Source: an archaeon
GTDB taxonomy: Archaea; Undinarchaeota; Undinarchaeia; Undinarchaeales; JBDRKL01
NCBI GenBank assembly: GCA_043814055.1
Contig: JBDRKL010000011.1
Coordinates: 1 to 32,750, forward strand
Reading direction: 5' to 3'
DNA length: 32,750 nt
Shown: piece after piece, positions 26,623-32,750 of the stretch
Position numbering within the stretch: position 1 is the first letter of the stretch
Layout of the letters: every line of letters begins with the position of its first letter
Notes under the pieces: model-generated
What the model saw: the letters and a program-made list of their open reading frames with translations, nothing else
What the model was told of the DNA's origin: nothing
The model's database searches: none
Made by a program: the position numbers and the translations under genes

Positions 26623-27189
26623 ATGAATCTCTCCAATAAGCTGACATCGCTGAGACTGGTTCTTTGCGGTCCTCTCTTCTTCCTCCTCTATCAGACTTCT
26701 TTTGAGTTGCGAATCGCTGTGCTATTTCTATTTGTGTTCATGATACTAACCGACATCTATGACGGCCTAATTGCAAGAGATCGCAATCTTAAGACCCTAT
26801 TTGGGAACTTTCTTGACCCTGTCTCAGACAAAATAATGATAGCACTGCCTTTGATAGTGTTTGTTGACTTTGGCTTCATACCGCCCTGGATTGCAGTAAT
26901 AGTTGTTGCCAGAGAGTTCATAGTGACTGGCATTAGAAGTGTTGCAATGTCCTCAAAGAAAGTTGTTGGTTCAAATATTTTCGGAAAGGCAAAGTTCTCT
27001 CTGCAGGCAATTGCCATCATATTCATGCTGCTCTACCTTGTTTTTGAGCTCTCAGCTGTCTGGACTGCACCGCTTGGCAAAATGTTCTTTAAAATAACTC
27101 TTGGTTCTATGTACCTAATGGCAGTAGTAACTGTGTTGTCAATCTACAGAATATTAAAAGACAATTTCTGGATATTCAAGGAAAGCTAA
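26623..27189 (+). CDS. pgsA: CDP-diacylglycerol--glycerol-3-phosphate 3-phosphatidyltransferase-like (PgsA type)
   Basis: NLSNKLTSLR, TDIYDGLIAR...FG.FLDPVSDK, AREF.VTG.R, FGKAK. Confidence 0.85.
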   Translation: MNLSNKLTSLRLVLCGPLFFLLYQTSFELRIAVLFLFVFMILTDIYDGLIARDRNLKTLFGNFLDPVSDKIMIALPLIVFVDFGFIPPWIAVIVVAREFIVTGIRSVAMSSKKVVGSNIFGKAKFSLQAIAIIFMLLYLVFELSAVWTAPLGKMFFKITLGSMYLMAVVTVLSIYRILKDNFWIFKES

Positions 27190-27212
27190 TTAAGTGCACG
27201 TTGGTTTTCTCA

Positions 27213-28394
27213 CTACCGGGTCTTCAGGGATTCGTAAACTATTTCTCTTATCTCCTTTTCTCCCATCTCAGACGGGCTTCTTTTTATACTGCCCATCCTA
27301 TATCCAAGCGTATCGCTTATTATTAGGTCAAGGTCAGCATCATTGAGTGCCACAACTGGCTTGTCTAGACCAAGCTCCCTTACAAGGCTGTTCAGCGTAT
27401 CTGCGCAGTTTTCCGCACCCCCAAGAATTTCAGAAGCCTTTCTAAACCTTGCATTGACTGCTTCATCTCCGTCCCTCATGTGGACTTCAACTGTTTTTGG
27501 CATAATATATGCTAGCGCCTGCCCGTGGGTTATTTCTGGGAATCGGCCGCTCATTGGATGTGCTATTGCATGTGCTGCGTGGGTTCCAAGTATGGCAAGC
27601 GCTATTCCAGCGTAAACATCAGCATAGGCCATACCAGTTTTATGTTCAATCCCATTGTTGTTAAAAGAGTTCACAAGGTGTGTTTTTATAAGCTCAAGCG
27701 ACCTGAGCGCAAACTCTTCGGCAATTTTTGTGCAGTCGCTTCTTGTGTAGACCTCCAAGGCGTGACACAGCACGTCAAAGCCGGTTGTTGCAACCAAATA
27801 AGGCGGGGCGTGCTTTGTTATATCAATATCAATTATGGACAATTTTGGGAGCAGGCGGTCATCTTTCAGGGTCTTCTTCTCAAATGTCCTGGAATTTGTG
27901 ATTACCGCATATGGAGTTACATGGCTGCCTGTTCCTGAGGTAGTTGAATTTGCCACAATTGGCAGTGCATTTTTTATTGTTGCTCTTTTCTCAACAAAGT
28001 CCCAAACGCTCCCGAAAATTCCAACTGATATCGCCTTTGCAGTATCTATTATGGAGCCGCCCCCCAGTGCCAGCAGGAAATCAATCTGCTCTTCTTTTGC
28101 TTTTTTAACTCCGTCCTCAATCTGCTCCAGAGTTGGATTCGCTTTTATCCCTGAGTGCTCAACAACTTCAATTCCAGCTCTATCAAATAGCTCAATATAC
28201 CTGTCATAGAACCCAAGCCGCTTCATGGAGCCTGAGCCAGTGCAGAACAGAACTTTTTTTCCAAGTCCTGCAATTTTGTCAAAGGAGGAATCAAGTATGC
28301 CTTGCCCAATTTCTATGTTCAGTGCAGCCAAGTAATCTGATTCTGGCTTGTACTTGTCTATGAGGCCAAACAGATGCTTTTTCTCTTCATCCAT
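27213..28394 (-). CDS. Iron-containing alcohol dehydrogenase family protein
   Basis: ANPT, LGGGSIIDTAK, TTSGTGS, DVLCHALE, HAIAH, HGQA. Start taken at MDEEKK. Confidence 0.92.
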   Translation of the reverse strand: MDEEKKHLFGLIDKYKPESDYLAALNIEIGQGILDSSFDKIAGLGKKVLFCTGSGSMKRLGFYDRYIELFDRAGIEVVEHSGIKANPTLEQIEDGVKKAKEEQIDFLLALGGGSIIDTAKAISVGIFGSVWDFVEKRATIKNALPIVANSTTSGTGSHVTPYAVITNSRTFEKKTLKDDRLLPKLSIIDIDITKHAPPYLVATTGFDVLCHALEVYTRSDCTKIAEEFALRSLELIKTHLVNSFNNNGIEHKTGMAYADVYAGIALAILGTHAAHAIAHPMSGRFPEITHGQALAYIMPKTVEVHMRDGDEAVNARFRKASEILGGAENCADTLNSLVRELGLDKPVVALNDADLDLIISDTLGYRMGSIKRSPSEMGEKEIREIVYESLKTR

Positions 28395-28453
28395 GCGCGC
28401 TAAATTAGTTTTATTGCATATAAGCATTGCGATTGTGTCAGAGCCTCACTATT

Positions 28454-29332
28454 TTACGTGTCCTTAATTATGTGCGTGTTCGTTACTAACCCAAGCCTGT
28501 ATTTGTGACCCCCTCTCCAAGACCTGTATCTATGCAAGGCAAATGGCATGACCCACATTTTATTTCCATGTGGCTGGTCCCTGAATATGGCAGTCAGGTA
28601 ATTCCCAGTGTTAAAGTCTAATTGTTCTCTGAACATTTGCATATAAATCAATTGCGCCCCCCAGCAGTAATAATCCGCTATGTTTATAGGGCCCTCCAAT
28701 CCAGTTGGCCTCCCTTTCCCTACCAGCAGGGAAACGAGCTCAATAGGCGGTATCAAATGCCTTGGCTGAAGGGGTATGTGCGTATGCGTGTGGAACGAGC
28801 CAAAAAATTGCATTCCATTCTTCCTGAGCTTTTCCCCCTTCTTCCACAAAAAGGTGTTCTTTTTCTTTCTGCCTTCGATTACCTGCTCTTTAAGCCTTGT
28901 CCAGTAATAGCGGTTTTTGGCTCTCCATACTTTTGCGTATTCCTCAAGGCTGAATCCTGATTGTATAAGGTCTTTCATAATCATGTTTACATCACCTACT
29001 CGTTCCTTTCCACTGCTCAGCTTTCCCGGGACATTTTGCTCCCCTGATGCCAGGAACAATCTCTTGACCTTATTGCTATCAAAGCCGCAAATGCCTTCAA
29101 TGGTCCAGACCTTCTTTTTGCCGTCTTGCCTAAATCTTCCATATAGCATTCCTTCCCGCTCCTCATTAGACTTCCAGTGGCCAATCAGCTCGTCATAAAC
29201 GCTCTTCCTTATCTCACACAGGTGGGTGTTCTCAAATAAAAAAGTTAGTGGTAGCCTCACTTGGGGCCAGCCTCCATTATCCCGCGGGGCATCCTTTAAG
29301 TCATGTTTTTCTAATGGGGGGTTCTCTTTCAT
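28454..29332 (-). CDS. Hypothetical protein, possible divergent JAB/MPN domain
   Basis: EREGMLYG...FFGSFHTH...IAD resembles the JAMM pattern; spacing is atypical. Confidence 0.6.
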   Translation of the reverse strand: MKENPPLEKHDLKDAPRDNGGWPQVRLPLTFLFENTHLCEIRKSVYDELIGHWKSNEEREGMLYGRFRQDGKKKVWTIEGICGFDSNKVKRLFLASGEQNVPGKLSSGKERVGDVNMIMKDLIQSGFSLEEYAKVWRAKNRYYWTRLKEQVIEGRKKKNTFLWKKGEKLRKNGMQFFGSFHTHTHIPLQPRHLIPPIELVSLLVGKGRPTGLEGPINIADYYCWGAQLIYMQMFREQLDFNTGNYLTAIFRDQPHGNKMWVMPFALHRYRSWRGGHKYRLGLVTNTHIIKDT

Positions 29333-29469
29333 TATTTTATATGATACTCCGTGTTGTTGTTTATAAAACTTCTGTTTCAGTTGCCGTGGCTGCAGAACTC
29401 CTTGGAAAAAATAATATATTATGCAGTTTCTGCACAATCTTTATGTAGTTCTCCGCTAAATCAGTATTG

Positions 29470-30282
29470 ATGAACCTCCGCACCGCAATCCTCCTAACAG
29501 ACGAAAATGCCCTGCTCAAGGTGCACGGCGACACGCTCCTGGAGATTTCATTCTACAAATTGCGCGAGGTTTTTGACAAGATTTTCGTAATCACCAGTTC
29601 GCCAGAGGCGCAGGCAAAGTATTCAAAAATCATAATGGAAGATGTGCTCTGCGATTACTCAGAACGAAGCCACCCGATTACGCAGTTCTTCACAGGTTTG
29701 AAAGCCTGCCAGTGCGACAAGGTTTTCCTTGCAGCGTCCAATATGCCTTTCCTTAACCCAAAAGCAATCAAGCTGATGGGGTCACAGGAGTGGAACCGCG
29801 CGATAGTCCCGCGTTACGTGAACGGCGCCCTGGAGCCCACGCACGCCTTCTACAAGGTCAAGCCTACCCTTCAGGCTGTGGCTGGCGCGATAAATGACGA
29901 GCGCTACTCTTTTGAAGCTGCGTTGCTCAATATGGACAAGGTAAATTATCTTCCTGTGGGCGAGCTGATGAAAGTGGATCCTCAGCTTCTAACGTTTTTC
30001 AAAGTGCGCTCAGCGGTTGATTTTGACACTGCAAAGGCAAAGCTGAACCAGAAAGTTTACAAGGGTCGGCTCGCGAAAGCGCAAACACTTAAATCCTCAG
30101 TGCAAATAGAGTGCCAGAGCGAAACCGCGGTTTACTACAAGGTCCCTGGAACTGAAGAGGAGCACGAAGTGCGGTTTGACAAGCGCAAGAACTCGTGGAC
30201 CTGCGACTGCACGTACTTCGCGATGAAAGGAAGCTACTGCTCGCACATAATCGCAGCCAAGGAGGCACAGGATGATATCTGA
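29470..30282 (+). CDS. MobA-like nucleotidyltransferase-fold protein fused to a SWIM zinc finger
   Basis: FLAASNMPFL, AIVP....LEP.HAFY (MobA-like); C-terminal WTCDC-x8-CSH (SWIM). Confidence 0.85.
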   Translation: MNLRTAILLTDENALLKVHGDTLLEISFYKLREVFDKIFVITSSPEAQAKYSKIIMEDVLCDYSERSHPITQFFTGLKACQCDKVFLAASNMPFLNPKAIKLMGSQEWNRAIVPRYVNGALEPTHAFYKVKPTLQAVAGAINDERYSFEAALLNMDKVNYLPVGELMKVDPQLLTFFKVRSAVDFDTAKAKLNQKVYKGRLAKAQTLKSSVQIECQSETAVYYKVPGTEEEHEVRFDKRKNSWTCDCTYFAMKGSYCSHIIAAKEAQDDI

Positions 30283-31732
30283 TTTCACACTTGCAAAAGA
30301 AGCCCTTGCGGAATTCAAGAAGCCGCAGGGCAATTTCATAAAGGATACAGGGCTCAAAAACCTGATTCCAGAGCGCTTAATCGCAGTAGGGGATGAAACA
30401 AACCTCAAACTCGCCCAAGTTGGAATCACTCCTGCGCTCGCGATTTTTGACTACAAGATAAAACGCGGAGAAATTTCCAAAGAAGTTCAGGAAAAGCTCG
30501 GCGAGCCAGACCTGCGCGTGAAAAATCCAGCTGGGGTAATCTCGCTTGGAGCCTGGAACGCGATAAAGCAGGCTCTTAGCACGCAAAGCTCAAGAATTTT
30601 AGTTGATGGGGAAGAGGATTTGCTCGCAATTGCTACTTATTTCCTTGCGCCAAGCGGATTCAAAATACTCTACGGCCAGCCGAACAAGGGCCTGATCTGC
30701 TGGGAAGTGTCTGACAAAAAGAAGCAGGAATACGCTGAGCTCTTAATAGCAACAAGCGCCCGTGAATTCATTTCAAAACTCAAGGGCAAAACCGTTGTTC
30801 TGCACCACGACGATCCGGATGGCTGCACAAGCGCGGTATTAATGCTCAAAAAAGTCAAGGCAGTTCCCATCGTAACCAATGATGTCACAATCCACGCGAA
30901 CCTGCGCCGAGAAATTGAAAAAGAAAATGCCAAAAACCTGATAATTGTGGACTTGGGTGGTGAAGCCCGCAGTGATATAGTGGAAATGTCCCAGAAAATG
31001 AACGTAATGGTCGTGGACCACCACCAAGTCTGGGGCGATGCTCCGTTCGGAAACGCACTCTTGCTCAACCCGCACCTCTTTGAAGTCCCAGACACGCACA
31101 TCGCACCAGCATCATACCTCTGCTACAAGATAACCCAGGACAATGACTGGATCGCAGCAATAGGTGTAATAGGCGACAAAGGCCAGCCGCAATGCGCTGA
31201 TTTCCTTAAAAAAACCAAGTCACATTACAAAGTTGACTTTGATGAACTCACAGAGCTCGCTTCTGCAGCTGACGTGGTTGGTGAGTCAGATTCCCTGGTT
31301 CAAATCCTGCTCAAAGCTAATGGTCCAGGCGACCTTTTAAAATCCAAAGAGCTCGTTGAATATGGAAAAACAGTTGCTTCAGAGCTCAACTTGCTCCTTG
31401 CCGCGCACAAAAAAGAGGCAAAACTCCTCGCAGGAGGCAAACTGCTTGTTTACGAAATGAAATCCGAGCTTGAGATGCGCGGCGCAGTGGCTAATCAGCT
31501 CCAAACTCATTACCCAGACAAGGTAATAATAATTGCAGAAGCCGAGGATGATGAATTCTCAATGAGCTTGCGCACAATGCGCGATGATTTTGACCTTGTT
31601 CCTGCGATAAAAGCTTCAATTGCAGGTCTTAAGAGTGCTCAAGGCGGTGGGCACGCGCACGCGTCAGGGGCAAAAGTGCTCTTGAAAGACAAGGAAACGT
31701 TTTTGCAGAGATTTGCAGAGCAAATCAAGTGA
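30272..31732 (+). CDS. Fusion of GTP-dependent dephospho-CoA kinase (DUF359) and DHH/DHHA1 phosphoesterase
   Basis: AVGD, D.KIKR, NPAG.I, VDGEEDLL, LYGQPNKG (DUF359), then HDDPDG, VDLG, VDHH, SLR, GGGH..ASG (DHH). Confidence 0.9.
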   Translation: MISDFTLAKEALAEFKKPQGNFIKDTGLKNLIPERLIAVGDETNLKLAQVGITPALAIFDYKIKRGEISKEVQEKLGEPDLRVKNPAGVISLGAWNAIKQALSTQSSRILVDGEEDLLAIATYFLAPSGFKILYGQPNKGLICWEVSDKKKQEYAELLIATSAREFISKLKGKTVVLHHDDPDGCTSAVLMLKKVKAVPIVTNDVTIHANLRREIEKENAKNLIIVDLGGEARSDIVEMSQKMNVMVVDHHQVWGDAPFGNALLLNPHLFEVPDTHIAPASYLCYKITQDNDWIAAIGVIGDKGQPQCADFLKKTKSHYKVDFDELTELASAADVVGESDSLVQILLKANGPGDLLKSKELVEYGKTVASELNLLLAAHKKEAKLLAGGKLLVYEMKSELEMRGAVANQLQTHYPDKVIIIAEAEDDEFSMSLRTMRDDFDLVPAIKASIAGLKSAQGGGHAHASGAKVLLKDKETFLQRFAEQIK

Positions 31733-31765
31733 CTGTAGAGCAGTAGAAACATATAAATAATCTTT

Positions 31766-31834
31766 TTACACTACATTTTTAACTGTTGAAAAGACCTTTG
31801 CTATTTTTTAGGTCTTAAAAATCTTTACACTACA
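31766..31834 (-). repeat. Two TGTAGTGTAA motifs (minus strand) flanking a 7-bp inverted repeat
   Basis: TTACACTACA at 31766-31775 and 31825-31834; AAGACCT (31791-31797) / AGGTCTT (31810-31816). Confidence 0.8.
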
Positions 31835-31853
31835 CGTTAAACAAGGAATCAAA

Positions 31854-32750
31854 ATGGTTTACAAGCGATATGTCTACATAAACGGCAAAAAATATGGTCC
31901 CTACTACTACAAAAGTGTTAGGGGCAAAAATGGAAAAGTTAATGCAGTGTATGTTGGCAACGCGTCCTCACCTAAAGTTGTTGCAAAAGTGAGGCAGGAT
32001 TACCATCTAGGCATATCAATTCCTTCTTTAATCTTTATGCTGGCTTTCTGCGTGCTATCCATGTCATTAGTTTTAAACTCCGGCGGTGCTCTTGCCGGAT
32101 ATACAACTATTATGGGTGGTGAAACCGGGTATGAATCAGTTGTTGAGCCAGAACCTCAACCCGGACCTAAGTTCAGCGAGGAAATAGCAAAAGAAGTCGG
32201 AGATTTGCTCGCTCTGCCTGAAGCACCGGCTCCTGAGCCTCCAGCAGCCTCACTCTCTGAAGAGCTTGTTCAGCTTCCTGCCACAGTGGGCCAGCCCGTC
32301 CGCTGGGTTAGGACAGTCCAGCTTGACTCTGGCGCAACCAGCGCAGCGGTTGAAGTGCCGAATGAGGCAACAGTTGTGGCAGTGCGAAAAGTTGAAGGCG
32401 AAATAAAAACAGACATCTCATCAGATAAGGTTCAGCTTCCTGCGCCTGGAATGCTTGCCGCAAGCGCTGAGCCAGGGAATAAAGTAATCACGGTTCAGGA
32501 ATCTGCGGATTTGATTGAGGTTGAGTATGAGACTCCTGCGCCGCAGATGTCTGAAGAAACAGTTTCTGACAGCAAAAAGCGTGTTACAATTTATTCAGAT
32601 TTTCATTACACTAACATTTCGGCCTTTGTGAATATTCCTGAGAGTCCGCAGGGTTTGATAACTCTATATCATATTAATTCCAGCGCAAGAACTCCAGCTC
32701 AAATTTCAAATTACATTGACTCTAATCAGGATGGTCTCATTGACCGTATT
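31854..32750 (+). CDS. Second GPYYY-domain membrane-anchored surface protein (3' end outside window; absent from the ORF track)
   Basis: Manual translation gives 299 stop-free codons: MVYKRYVYINGKKYGPYYYKSVRGKNGKVNAVYVG, TM LGISIPSLIFMLAFCVLSMSLVL, Pro/Glu linker with DLLALPE, then ...GQPVRW...EYETPAP...DSNQDGLIDRI. Confidence 0.92.
   Translation, partial: MVYKRYVYINGKKYGPYYYKSVRGKNGKVNAVYVGNASSPKVVAKVRQDYHLGISIPSLIFMLAFCVLSMSLVLNSGGALAGYTTIMGGETGYESVVEPEPQPGPKFSEEIAKEVGDLLALPEAPAPEPPAASLSEELVQLPATVGQPVRWVRTVQLDSGATSAAVEVPNEATVVAVRKVEGEIKTDISSDKVQLPAPGMLAASAEPGNKVITVQESADLIEVEYETPAPQMSEETVSDSKKRVTIYSDFHYTNISAFVNIPESPQGLITLYHINSSARTPAQISNYIDSNQDGLIDRI

Overview
Archaeal chromosomal window. 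The informational genes, split transketolase and giant beta-helix surface proteins suggest a DPANN-type lineage (inference). It carries a rearranged eIF2g-PIN-rpoE1-spt4-rps24e-rps27ae cluster with guaB and a membrane pyrophosphatase inserted, a non-oxidative pentose phosphate operon, srp54, a phosphohexomutase, an AT-rich lipid-headgroup island, and two unusual fusions (MobA-like+SWIM; dephospho-CoA kinase+DHH). Two candidate undescribed systems stand out. (1) Two membrane-anchored surface proteins share a basic N-terminal 'MVYK.YV...GK..GPYYY..VR...GKV..VY.G' domain, and each gene start carries clustered copies of a TGTAGTG(C/T)AA motif plus hairpins. (2) Three structured intercistronic elements, built from modular hairpins with covariation, are each an open mini-ORF running from the end of the upstream gene to the start codon of the next. 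No rRNA, tRNA, CRISPR array or transposase was recognised.
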